Of a DNA stretch of 64,000 nt, positions 51,914-63,084 are shown one piece after another. Each line of letters begins with the position of its first letter. The stretch's first letter is position 1. Made by a program: the position numbers and the translations under genes. The stretch is taken from the NCBI GenBank assembly GCA_000004985.1, contig GG738915.1. The stretch is one strand, 5' to 3'. The notes under the pieces were generated by a model. That model saw nothing but the letters and a program-made list of their open reading frames with translations, ran no database searches and was not told where the DNA came from. The stretch is from Naegleria gruberi (lineage: Eukaryota).

Positions 51914-54122
51914 ATGCACAAGGAAGAGGCAGTGTTTGATATTTGTGAAGATAATGTGAGCACACCAACCAGTCCTAAAGCTATTCAGCTTATTGAAACG
52001 TCACCCTCATCAACAGAAGAAGTAAAACAATCCATACCAGTAAAAACAGCCGCGCAATCAAATGAACCAGAGGAAGTTTTAAAAGATCCAAATGGACCTA
52101 CTTTACACTTTTATGATCATTTTCTGATCTTTAAGTGTTTTGGATTTTGGACATGGATATTCATTATTTTGGGAATCTTGGGCTCTATGGGTAATGGTGT
52201 TGTGGCGTTAATATTTCAATTCATATTCGGTGATTTGATCAATATTTTCCAACCTGTGAATGGAGTTATGCCATCAGCTACAATAATGAGAAATGCCATC
52301 TCAGATGTTTGTCTCAAATTTACAGGAGTTGCTATTGGAAGTATGGCTTCCAGTTTCGTATCTCAATTTTTCAATGGGTGGGCCAGTGAAAGAATTGGAA
52401 TCTCTCTCAGACAGGCTTATTTCAATGAATTAACAAGACAAGAGGTTGCATTCTTTGATATTAAGAAAACAGGTGCCCTGACAATTGCACTCAGTGAAGA
52501 TGTTGGAAAGATCCAAGAAGCTTGGACCAGAAAAATTTCTGGTGTCATGCAACACACTAGTACCATTCTCATTGGGTTGATTCTGGCCTTTGTCAGTAGT
52601 TGGCAAATGACTCTCGTTACCATTTCAACCACTCCACTCATGATTTTGATTGGTGTGGTTATGGGAAAATTGACAGAAAAGATTAGTTTTAAATCAGGTG
52701 AAACTATCGCAAAGAGTGCCTCAAAGGCAACCGAAGTTGTCTCCTCATTCAAAACAGGTAAGTTGAAATTCCAATATTTGTTCTAAAAAATTCAACCTAG
52801 TTAAAAGTATGGGGTGCGAAGAAAAGGAACAAGCTCAATTCGCTAACATTTTGAAAAAGCTTCATTTGTATGGCATATTAAAAGCTGGCGCACAAGGTGC
52901 TAGTTTGGGGTCTGAAAGCTTCATCATTTGGGGTACCTGTTCATTGGCCTTTTGGTATGCGTAAGTAGCAGTGTAATTTTAAACCTCAATTTAACAATCA
53001 ACAGAGGTAACCTGGTTGTAGATGGAACTATTGTCATTGGAGATTTGGTAAAAGTTTTTGGTTTGTTAATTTTCAGGTAAGTTAAATTTCCAATATTTGT
53101 ACCTTAGACCTATTCTATAAGTACAGTGTATTTTCAATGGCATTTGTTTTTGAAATGTTACCTGACATTTTCAAGGCCTTGAGCTGTCACAGAGCTCTAC
53201 TTATGGTTATGAAAAGAAAACCAGCCATTCCATTTAAGGGTGGAAAGAGTTTGAGCGATAATGTAGGATTGGTTGAATTTAAAAATGTCAAATTTTCATA
53301 TCCATCTCGTCCAAATGTTACTATTCTTCAAGATTTTACACTTAATGTAAAGACAGGTCAATCAATTGCTATGGTTGGTCCGTCAGGATCAGGAAAATCG
53401 ACCATTGTTGGCTTGTTAGAAAGATTCTATGATCCAGAAGAAGGAGTTGTTTCAATTGACGGTGTAGATATTAAGGAAATTGATCCAAAGTGGTTGCACA
53501 AAAATGGTAAGTATCTTAAAAAATTATTCCTTATCAAGTATTTAAAACTATAGTTGGTATTGTTACACAAGAACCAGTATTGTTCGCTTGTACCATTAAG
53601 GAAAATATTGCTTATGCAGTTGGTTTGGAAAATGTAACTGATAAAGATATTGAACAAGCTGCCAAAGCTGCCAATTGTCATAATTTCATTTTGGATCTTC
53701 CTAATGGATACAATACATTACTCGGTGAAAAAGGTGTTTCTCTTTCAGGTGGCCAAAAGCAACGTGTTGCCATTGCAAGAGCTCTCTTACAAAATCCTAA
53801 AATTTTGCTTTTGGACGAAGCAACTTCAGCTCTCGACACTGAATCTGAAGCTCTTGTTCAAGCTGCTTTGGAAATGTTAATGAAAGGAAGAACCTCCATC
53901 TCCATAGCTCACAGACTTTCAACAGTTCAAAATTGTGATGTCATTTACGTTCTCGTTAAAGGAGACATCAAAGAATCAGGCACTCACAAGGAATTGATTG
54001 GCATTGAGAATGGTATTTACAGAAAATTAGCAGAAAAACAAATGGGAATTGATCAATCTTACGAATCATCCAATGAAAATGTTGGTGATACTTCTTCTCC
54101 AAGTGATTTAAATCAACAATAA
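51914..54122 (+). CDS. ABC transporter, ABCB-type half transporter (TMD-NBD), 5 exons (51914..52757, 52801..52960, 53005..53076, 53127..53506, 53554..54122)
   Basis: N-terminal TM helices, then an NBD with Walker [11 protein letters not shown]-loop VTQEPVLF, signature [15 protein letters not shown], Walker [14 protein letters not shown]-loop IAHRL. Introns of 43, 44, 50 and 47 nt, all GTAAGT donors. The spliced product is continuous (...FKTG|[34 protein letters not shown]...AFWYA|[24 protein letters not shown]|[11 protein letters not shown]...WLHKN|[11 protein letters not shown]...). Confidence 0.75.
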
Positions 54123-54652
54123 ATTATTTCATCTTCTCCTATCATTAATTAATTAAATATTCAATAATGTCCTAATTATTTTCCAATATTTATGATTTTC
54201 CATCATGACTATTCGAACAAAAATCAGTTCCACACCCGAACAGCCACAATCATTACAGTACCATCTCATCATCATGGCTTGAAATCTTCATCACAATCAA
54301 TTGAGCCTGTCCAATAATTTGTAATACTACCTGTGGTGCTTGCTTTTTCTTGATCACAGTTTTAAAAGATTTTAGCGGGAAGAAATCTCAAGCCCTCAAC
54401 TCGCAAAAGGCAACTTGTTTTTTTTTTCAAGTTTAAAAAAAAAGCAGAGAAAAGGCGCAAAGTTTTTTTAGTATCGAATTTATTATTAGTCGCCCACGTA
54501 GTAATTATCATCAAATATATATTGATAGTATTAAACAACAACAACAGTAACAAGAGTAATAGTAACAAGAAAGTGTATTGTTGCGAACATTTAATTGTAT
54601 TTTAGAAAAGAGGAATTAAAAATCGGAATATTTGTAAATAAGAATTATAAAA

Positions 54653-56215
54653 TTGAAAATGGTTAATGTTCATACCTCACCCATTCCAACTGGTAATAAG
54701 AATATTCAACAACAAGAGCAAAAACTTTCTGCTTCAATGGAAAATAGGCAACAACAATATATTACGACCTTTAAACATGACAAGGAAATAATTCAAAAAC
54801 ATCAAGAAGCCTATTACGACTATGAAGACAACGGAGAGGAAGAAGAAGATGAATATTATACTGCTCCAGCTTCTGTTTCATCAAATCAAAGTCAGGCAGC
54901 AGCTAATGATACCAACAATATTTACTCACCTTCAACAGTCTTGGCCTCTATTGTACAACAAAAACCAGATGATTGTTCTCCAAACAACACCTTTTTCTAT
55001 GGACAACAACCAGTCAATCAACAACATGACGATTTAATGAATACTTCTGCTGTCAATAATAGTAGTATGAGAGATGAGGAAGAATTTTACGTTGACACTT
55101 TGGAAAATCATCCTTTGGCCAGTGACTCACCCCAAGTTGAACATTATATTGAAGGTGTTCAATTTTTATTGCCTGTGAGATACGAACCTATTGAATGTGT
55201 CGGTAAAGGTGCATATGGTATTGTTATTAGTGCTGTTGATAAGTTGATGAATAGAAAAGTGGCTATTAAGAAGATTGAAGCTGTTTTCAAGAAGGAAAAG
55301 TTCTTCCAAAAGAGAATTATGAGAGAAATTAAAATTTTAATTCACTGCAAAGGACACCCAAATATAGTAGAAATTTTAGACTTGGTTCCTCCAGAATCTT
55401 TTGATGAATTTGAAGATATTTACATTGTAACTGAATATATGGATTGTAACTTGCAAGAATTATTGAAATCTGGTCAAAAATTCAGTGAACAGAATATTCA
55501 ATACTTTTTATATCAAATGTTGAAGGCTTTAGATGTCTTGCACAATTGTGACATTGTGCATCGTGACATTAAGAGCAGTAATATTCTCGTAAATAATGAT
55601 TATGAAGTTAAATTCTGTGATTTTGGACTTTCTAGAGCCATGATGAATGAAAAAATGTCAACAGACAATGTGGCAACAAGATGGTATAGATCTCCAGAAC
55701 TCTTGTTAAAGTATCACAAGGCAGGTAAACCAATTGATGTTTGGAGTTTGGGATGTGTATTTGCTGAGCTTTTGTCCACTCCAAAACAACATGTTTTATT
55801 CCCAGGTGAAAGTCACCTCAACCAAATTGATAAGATTTTGGATATTTTGGGAACACCTCTCCCTGAAGATGTTTTTGGTTGTTTCAAGGCTCAAGTATAC
55901 ATGAGTAATCAACCATACAGAAAGAGAAAGGACTTTAAGAAGTTATTCCCTGATGCAAACCCAGAAGCTTTAGATCTTTTAGAAAAGATGCTTGAATTCT
56001 CTCCAGAAAAGAGAATTACAGTATCTGATTCTTTGAGACAGCCATATCTCGACAGTATGGCCAATCACATGGATGAAGATGAGGATGCAAACAATGGATT
56101 TGTAACTAGAGACTTTGAATACCGATTTGATGAAAGTTGGGAAGTTCCTGAAATTAAGAGAATGATGTATGAAGAAATTGTTAATTTTCACAACACCTTT
56201 TCGAAAAGATTTTGA
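54653..56215 (+). CDS. CMGC-group MAPK-like protein kinase lacking the canonical T-x-Y activation motif
   Basis: Kinase subdomains GKGAYGIV...VAIKKI, HRDIKSSNILV, DFGLSR, and the MAPK-type P+1/APE region VATRWYRSPELLL. The activation loop reads MSTDNVATRWY (T-D-N in place of T-E-Y). An ~170-aa Q/N-rich N-terminal extension. Confidence 0.7.
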   Translation: MKMVNVHTSPIPTGNKNIQQQEQKLSASMENRQQQYITTFKHDKEIIQKHQEAYYDYEDNGEEEEDEYYTAPASVSSNQSQAAANDTNNIYSPSTVLASIVQQKPDDCSPNNTFFYGQQPVNQQHDDLMNTSAVNNSSMRDEEEFYVDTLENHPLASDSPQVEHYIEGVQFLLPVRYEPIECVGKGAYGIVISAVDKLMNRKVAIKKIEAVFKKEKFFQKRIMREIKILIHCKGHPNIVEILDLVPPESFDEFEDIYIVTEYMDCNLQELLKSGQKFSEQNIQYFLYQMLKALDVLHNCDIVHRDIKSSNILVNNDYEVKFCDFGLSRAMMNEKMSTDNVATRWYRSPELLLKYHKAGKPIDVWSLGCVFAELLSTPKQHVLFPGESHLNQIDKILDILGTPLPEDVFGCFKAQVYMSNQPYRKRKDFKKLFPDANPEALDLLEKMLEFSPEKRITVSDSLRQPYLDSMANHMDEDEDANNGFVTRDFEYRFDESWEVPEIKRMMYEEIVNFHNTFSKRF

Positions 56216-56257
56216 GGTTCACATGTGAATATTTATAAACAACATGGAAATGTATTT

Positions 56258-57874
56258 TTATTCCTCTGTATCGTCATTCAAATAATCGAGATATCTTCTT
56301 GCTGGTTCATGATCTGGTTTAGTTTTCAAAACTCTTTCGAATTGTTTCTTGGCATCCTCAACCTTATCCAAATCGTATAAACACATTGCAACTTCCATCA
56401 TTCCATCTACATCAGTTTCGTCCAATTCACAAACCTTCTCAGCATCAGACAATGCCTTTTCAGGTTTCTTCAAAAATCTTCTGTAAACATTAGCTCTATT
56501 AAAATAGGCATCAACAAATTTGCCATCTTTCTTAATTGCTGAAGTGAAATCATCAATAGCTTCTTGATATTTTTCATCCTTAACAAGTTGAACACCACGT
56601 TCAAAGTAAATGGCACCAATTGATTGATCATTTGGTATGTCGTCCTTATTCACCTTTCCAGCCTCAATCAGTTCAATACTCTTTGTATAGAGAGGAATCA
56701 ATCGTTGTGGATCTTTTTCATCCAACTTGATCAAAACTCTGACAAGCTCACTATATGCCTTGAAGAATTCTGGATTGACTTTGGTTGTCTGATTGAAATC
56801 AATCACTGACTTGGCCAATTCTCCAACAAACTTGTAGCACATGCCTCTATTAAAGAGGGCAGTAAAATCCTTTGGGTCATGTTCAATAACTTTTGTAAAA
56901 CTCTCAATTGCTTGTTCGTATTCTTTCAAGTGATAGAGAACTGCTGCTCTGTGTTGATGGGCATGCAAGTGATTTGGATTATATCTCAATACAAAGTCAT
57001 AGTCAGCAATGCACTTCATGGATGATTCCTTCTTCTCACTCAACAATCCACGATAGTAATAAGTATCAAGTGAACCTGAATGAGCTTTCCATTGCTTTTC
57101 CTTATCCGAAACCTTCCCAAAATGAGAAATTGCCTCTGAATAGGCCTCAAAAGCTTCATCCTCCTTGTCCAACTTCTCCAATCCAATTCCCAAATTATGG
57201 TTGGCTATAAACAATTCCATGTTATTATTTCCCTCCTCTGGACACAACTTGATGAATTTTCTGAAATTCTTTGTGGACTTTTCATAATTCTTCTGATCGT
57301 TAAATATCAAACCACGAGTCATGTAATAGTTGTGAATTGGATGTTTTTGATTTGATTCAGTAACAAGTTTGTTATATTCCTTTCCCAATTTAATTGCCTT
57401 ATCCAAAGATTTGAGTGAATTTTCATGATTTTTCAAGCTTCTCTCACTCACTCCTTTCAAGTACCACGATTTGACTTGGGTGAGGAGGACTGGAAGCTTA
57501 TCAGAGAGATCTTCTAATTGGGAAATGTATTTTTCAGTGAGTGAATCAACTTGTTCGAAATCTTGAATAGCCTCTTGATGTTTTCTTTCATTGACAATTA
57601 GTGATCACAACAACAATAACAATAGCAATACCTACGACAAGTTGGAATAGGCTAATCCACGTGAAAGGTGTGCTTTAACTCCAATAACCATTATATAGTA
57701 CCACTCTTTAATGTGAGAGAGACAAGTGGTAAATGAAGCAATAGCTTGCTCATAATTTCCAGAGGAAAAATTCTTGGCTCCTTCGTTGTAAGTATCGTAT
57801 GCTAAATCTTCTACTTGAATGAAAAGGAGTATATTAGAATCGGATTGAAATTATCAATTACCTTCATCAGACAT
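56258..57874 (-). CDS. TPR-repeat protein, multi-exon; the last exon is the 400-aa ORF 56258..57460, with upstream exons reaching ATG 57874
   Basis: The ORF shows at least 8 TPR-like 34-residue repeats (e.g. AYSELVRVLIKLDEKDPQRLIPLYTKSIELIEAG; AYFNRANVYRRFLKKPEKALSDAEKVCELDE). The minus-strand sequence 57461..57874 continues TPR-like coding (MSDE|intron|VEDLAYDTYNEGAKNFSSGNYEQAIASFTTCL ... NERKHQEAIQDFEQVDSLTEKYISQLEDLSDKLPVLLTQVKSWYLKG) through a 47-nt intron at 57815..57861 and at least one further intron near 57600-57660 whose boundaries I could not fix. Confidence 0.5.
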
Positions 57875-57969
57875 TTTTTATTGTTATTTGATTGTCAATC
57901 ACTTTTCAATATTGATTTATGTTTATGAAGGTGAAGTTAGTGTTGGGAACTATTGAGGAAATGAAAAGA

Positions 57970-60159
57970 TTACTCTTTCATTGAAATGAAAGATATTCCT
58001 CCACAATTTTCAATCATGTTAATAATTTCCTTTGCTCTTTTCTGTTTGTCTTCCTTTTTGAATTCCCTTTCCAATCGAGAAATATTTCCATGTCCTGTGG
58101 TGACAATGAAGAGAGAATTGTTAGAAGCACTTTGGAAGAGCTCTTTGAAATGATTGTCGAGATTGCTTAGTATCGCTCTGATATTTTCATCGTGTTTTTT
58201 TCCTTCAGGATGATCCTTATCTTGAATTGGATCAAAATCATTCTTCTCGTAATAGGTTCCCAAATCTGAAAAGTGTGTAAACACCAAATCATATTCTGAA
58301 TTGGCAACAAACTTTTTAGACTTTTGGAAAACGTCCTCATCACTGTGGCAAGGTATAGCATCTGAGAGGGATCCTGAAACAATACCATTAAGGTTGTAAG
58401 GTCTATCAACCATGACCGACCTCTTTTCTCCATTACTCAAAAATTCAAAAACATTTTCCTGTTGTCCCTTAAAATCGGTTCCTCTCCTTTCTCTCTTATG
58501 TACATATTCGATACCCTCCTTGAGAACTACTTTTACCAAATCTAGAGCTGCTGTGGCATCTTCAGAGCTATCATGTCCAATCTTATCAATGCTATTGACT
58601 TGAATTTCTCGGGAGAGATATTTTCTTGTTAAATGCTTGAGGGATTGCTTATATTTTGTTCCAAGAGTTGAAGCATTAATGAAAATGACTGCTGTATCAA
58701 TAACTCGTTTGTGAGCGATTTTCAGGCAAATTAAATCATTTTCAAGAGAGTGCCCCACAAGAATAGTATCCTCAGATATGAATTCCTGAACCTCTTTGTG
58801 AACATCTTCAAGTCTAGTTTCCACATTTTCCAGCATTTCCTTGGTAATTCCACTGAACATAGTTCTATAGTCAATAATTTGTTCGTGAGGCTTTACCAAT
58901 TTATCGTATACTACAGTTCCTTGCTCATCCACAAATGTTACACGAGTGAGTTCATCTCCCTTCTTGGTCAGACACATTTCACAATCGAGAGCTAGAAGTG
59001 TATACTTTTTAGCAGGAGTCTTCCAATTGGAGGTGCAAACATAACCTGAACTTTCAAGCTCGGTAGGATCTTTAAATATTGGATAATTATTTTCTGATAA
59101 TTCCTCCTGGGAGAGTAATAAATCATTGAGGGTGGTTTCCTTACTCGAACCATTCTTTGGTTGATCATTTTCATTCTCGTTATTATCAACTTGTTCTTCC
59201 TTATCCTCCTGTACAATGTCATCTCTCAGAGTTACCTCTAATTTTTCGGTTATTTCTATTGTTTCCTCTTCAATGCGTATCTTAGTATTCTTTTTTGAAG
59301 AATTTTCCAAAACATTCAAAGTACCTGATACGGTAGCAAAACTGAATGGCTTGTTAGATGAGGTTTGATAAGAACTTGATGTCTTTTTGGTTGTTTTTTC
59401 CTTACAGAAAGAAATTCCTCTCTTAAACAACCTATGAAGGAAGGTCTTTTTCCAATAATTGGCTGTCCTGTGTTCTGTAATCATGAGCATGTTGGCCTGA
59501 TCCTTGGTCCATGGAGGATTGACCAAAAGAAATGGTGTCCTCTTTGAAGGTATTCCATCTGCTAAAATGTATCGTTCCATTGATTTTGCAAGATTTGGCA
59601 TTGATTTTTGATACTTTTCAAAAACTTCCTTACTCATTGAATCCAAATGAACAATTACAACCTTGTCAATTAATCCCATATTCATTATATGAATCCACCT
59701 TGGTGTAAATAATACAGCTTCATAAATTTCATTATCATTATTCTTTTTCTTTGCTGTTGTGCATGAGTGACCCATCAATGACCACAACATTAAAGCTTGT
59801 AAATCATTGAGAGTGAGGAATTTCTTTTTCAAATCCTTCAAATGGAAATTTAAAATAGCCTTTGTGTCACTTCCGAAAACTTTGGTTTGTTTTTCAATTC
59901 GAGAAACTTTCTTCTGAAAAGGAGTCAGTGGTGTAGTTGATTGAACTTTTTCATTGGTTTTTCTCTTTTTGCTTTCTTGAACAATTTCCAGTTGAGTATG
60001 TTCCTCCTCTTCCTTTGAACTATTATCAGAAATATTCTTTCTCTTTTTGTTCTCTTGCTGATTCTCCTTGCTGTTGTTGTTGTTTTGAGTTTCCGATGAT
60101 GAAGTGGAACCCTTCTTGACCAACTCTAGGAAATTTGAAACTCTATCACGTAGGGGCAT
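57970..60159 (-). CDS. REX1/RNH70-type 3'-5' RNA exonuclease (DEDDh family)
   Basis: The exonuclease core LALDCEMCLTKKGDELTRVTFVDEQGTVVYDKLVKP...IIDYRTMFSGIT...ILVGHSLENDLICLKIAHKRVIDTAVIF matches the Exo I/II/III motifs of Rex-family nucleases. Basic, K/E-rich N-terminus with NLS-like stretches. Confidence 0.6.
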   Translation of the reverse strand: MPLRDRVSNFLELVKKGSTSSSETQNNNNSKENQQENKKRKNISDNSSKEEEEHTQLEIVQESKKRKTNEKVQSTTPLTPFQKKVSRIEKQTKVFGSDTKAILNFHLKDLKKKFLTLNDLQALMLWSLMGHSCTTAKKKNNDNEIYEAVLFTPRWIHIMNMGLIDKVVIVHLDSMSKEVFEKYQKSMPNLAKSMERYILADGIPSKRTPFLLVNPPWTKDQANMLMITEHRTANYWKKTFLHRLFKRGISFCKEKTTKKTSSSYQTSSNKPFSFATVSGTLNVLENSSKKNTKIRIEEETIEITEKLEVTLRDDIVQEDKEEQVDNNENENDQPKNGSSKETTLNDLLLSQEELSENNYPIFKDPTELESSGYVCTSNWKTPAKKYTLLALDCEMCLTKKGDELTRVTFVDEQGTVVYDKLVKPHEQIIDYRTMFSGITKEMLENVETRLEDVHKEVQEFISEDTILVGHSLENDLICLKIAHKRVIDTAVIFINASTLGTKYKQSLKHLTRKYLSREIQVNSIDKIGHDSSEDATAALDLVKVVLKEGIEYVHKRERRGTDFKGQQENVFEFLSNGEKRSVMVDRPYNLNGIVSGSLSDAIPCHSDEDVFQKSKKFVANSEYDLVFTHFSDLGTYYEKNDFDPIQDKDHPEGKKHDENIRAILSNLDNHFKELFQSASNNSLFIVTTGHGNISRLEREFKKEDKQKRAKEIINMIENCGGISFISMKE

Positions 60160-60749
60160 TTTTTACTTTTCGCTCTTCTTGTTATTGTTTGAAGTAAGAA
60201 GCCTCTATTTTTATCAATCAGAAGAACGATTAAAAGAGTATTCCTTGGCTACATTCACTACCTCAACGTTAGCTTCATATCATCACAGATATGAAGAAGA
60301 ATTTCAAAGTTTGTATCATGCCCTAGAGACAAAACACAATAACAAAATACAATTTTAATTTTTAAAAAAATCTTATTCTGTCCACAGGTAACCTCTGCGC
60401 GAAGATTACCGCGAAGCCACTCCATCACAATCGTGATAATAATTAATTACTATTTAATAGCATCATCATATCATCAATATTATTGTGGTTGATTATCATC
60501 ATCATAATTTTACTCTTTTCCAACACATATTGATAAGAAATGTTTAAAAAACTCACAGAAGGAAGTACAGATGTTAGCAAGAGTGTAGCATCCTTTGTTC
60601 AAGATAAAAGTAAGTAGATGTATGGGTTCATATCGAGTGCTGACACAAATATATTACTCATTCCTTCAACCATCACATCAATTGTTTGCAACATTTTCCA
60701 TTCTGTCTCTGTGGTATGACTATTTTGGATCGACTGAAATCCACTGAAC

Positions 60750-61208
60750 TTGTGTCCGCTCCAATTCTTCTTCTTTCAACAACACTTGTTATTATTGCCC
60801 TTTCAAAAACAAATGTTTTCCACTGTTGCCTCTCAACAACCTCAAAAACATGCACCTGATCGACGATCGTCGTTATCTTCTGCTTCCTTACATTTTGGCC
60901 TTCGAAAATCAACAGGACAATTCTCTGAAAAGAACATTAGTGAATGGACAAAGGAAGATTTAGTTGAATGGGCTAAATCTTACAAGTATGAGGATGCTCC
61001 AGAAAAGTTTTTACAAAATGATTGGGATGGACAATGTTTAATCTATGTGACAATTCAAGATTTATTGGATATTGGTATTAAAAAAGGAGAAGCTAAATCT
61101 ATTGAAACAAGACTCAAACCACTTCTTCAAAAAGATAGAAATATCCACATCTCATCTACCGATATTTCTTTCACAAGAGACTTGTTGTTTGGACCAAACA
61201 TTCAATAA
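60750..61208 (+). CDS. SAM (sterile alpha motif) domain protein, probably a partial model; upstream exon(s) possible from ATG ~60541
   Basis: WTKEDLVEWAKSYKYEDAPEKFLQNDWDGQCLIYVTIQDLLDIGIKKGEAKSIETRL fits the SAM consensus (W-x-x-x-V-x-x-W-L ... G-x-x-L-L-x-L ... L-G-I). Confidence 0.3.
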   Translation: MCPLQFFFFQQHLLLLPFQKQMFSTVASQQPQKHAPDRRSSLSSASLHFGLRKSTGQFSEKNISEWTKEDLVEWAKSYKYEDAPEKFLQNDWDGQCLIYVTIQDLLDIGIKKGEAKSIETRLKPLLQKDRNIHISSTDISFTRDLLFGPNIQ

Positions 61209-61712
61209 CCACCTAGGTATATTCAACCATTGTGACAAATAACTGTTTCTTGCAGCAGATGAAATTCAACTAATCTACAATATTATTGGCCCATGTGTTC
61301 TTGTGCTGCTCAACATGACATGGGTCAGAAATCAAGATAAAGAGCATCCATGTTCTTTGTTAGTAGTGAGCCCTCATAATAATCCATGGAAGTGACTTTG
61401 TAATTGAATGAGCTGTACAGTGCCTTCAACCTAACTGGAGGAAGCCTTATTCAACAAATTCTTATTCCATTCAAACTAAATAAAACTATGCGATTACAAT
61501 GCTTTATTAAATATTTAAAAAGGTTCAAAGTTGACTTAAAATCCAATAACAGCAACATAACATGACATAATGGTCTTTCATCTCTCTATCTCTTTCGTTT
61601 TTTCGTAATCAGGTGAGAATGCACTGACGCGCTAAAGGTCAACACCAATCACGGATTTCTCTCTAAACCTTAGAAACAACCGTAGTTATGTATTAAACAA
61701 AACAAGAAAAAA

Positions 61713-62961
61713 ATGGCTGATGAAAACCACTTTTTCACTGACGCAAAGACCCACGATATTAAGAAGGACCTTGAATTCGGCAAGGTTTTGGGAAGGTAGG
61801 TTAATTGCTTTTGTATAGGAAGTCTGTAATAAGAACATCTTTTTTCAATACAACAAAACCCTTATCTTCTAATTGATACTACAACAATTCAAAATACAAT
61901 GATCATCAATAATAACAAAATGTTAGTGGTACCTTCTCCATCGTCAGAGAAGCCGCCCAAAAGAATGATGGTAGAAAAGTTGCCGTCAAGATTATCGATA
62001 AAACAAACTTGGAAGTAAATAAGGATTCATTAAAAACAGAAGTTTCAATTTTAAAGAGCGTAAACGATCAAAATATTGTAGAATTAATTGATGTTTATGA
62101 AAACGGTATGAAGGTTTACCTTGTCATGGAATTGTATGTTATAGTTTTGAACCATTTACCTTATCATTTATCTTTAATTTTATACCCAAACAATAATAGG
62201 CTAACAGGAGGTGAGCTTTTCGACAGAATTGTGAATAAGTACCCAGAAGGTTACTCTGAAGATGTTGCTGCTGAATTAATTAGAAAGATAGTTTCCTCAA
62301 TCAAATACTTGCACTCTTGTGGTGTTGTCCACAGAGATTTGAAACCAGAAAATTTAATTTACTCTTCTGATGGAAATGACAGTGATATCAAAATCACTGA
62401 CTTTGGTTTGGCAAAAATTGCCGATGGTGACTTTTTGTTAAAGACTGCTTGTGGTACACCAAACTATGTTGCCCCCGAAGTCCTTCAAAATACTGGTTAT
62501 GATGCCTCTGTAGATATGTGGTCTATTGGTGTTATTTTGTATATACTGTAAGTTTAGTGGGACTTTCAATGAATTCACCCTAATAATAATTCTATCAAAA
62601 TAGTTTGTGTGGTTTCCCACCATTTTACAGTGAAAATACTCCAGAACTGTTCGAACAAATTATTAATGGAGACTATGATTTCCCATCCCCTTACTGGGAC
62701 AAGGTCAGTGACAGTGCTAAGGATTTGATCCGACACTTGTTGGTCGTAAATCCAAAGAAGAGATTTACTCCAGATCAAACATTGAGCCATCCATGGATTA
62801 AGAAATTGTCTACTAATAAGAATCACAGACCAGAAATTATTGATGAATTGAGGAAGTTTAATGCTAGACGTAAATTTAAGATTACTGTAGAAGCTGTTTT
62901 GGCTGCTCAAAAACTCTTAGGAAAGTTAAAGAACAGAAAATCATCTATCAAGAAGCATTAA
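61713..62961 (+). CDS. Ca2+/calmodulin-dependent protein kinase I-like Ser/Thr kinase, 4 exons (61713..~61796, ~61931..62133, 62200..62547, ~62604..62961)
   Basis: Spliced product MADENHFFTDAKTHDIKKDLEFGKVLGSGTFSIVREAAQKNDGRKVAVKIIDKT...YLVMELLTGGELFDRI...HRDLKPENLIY...DFGLAK...GTPNYVAPEVL...[20 protein letters not shown]...HPWI, then a basic/amphipathic tail (CaM-binding-like). Introns have GTAGGT/GTATGT/GTAAGT donors and TTAG/AATAG/AAATAG acceptors. Confidence 0.7.
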
Positions 62962-63084
62962 TTCGTGATCCAATGTAAAATACTACCATTACCATTATTT
63001 CAATAAAAGTTCTAGGTAAAGTGTAATTATCATAGATTATTTCTTATTACAATTTGACTGTCATAATTAAGAGCAGTCAAAATT

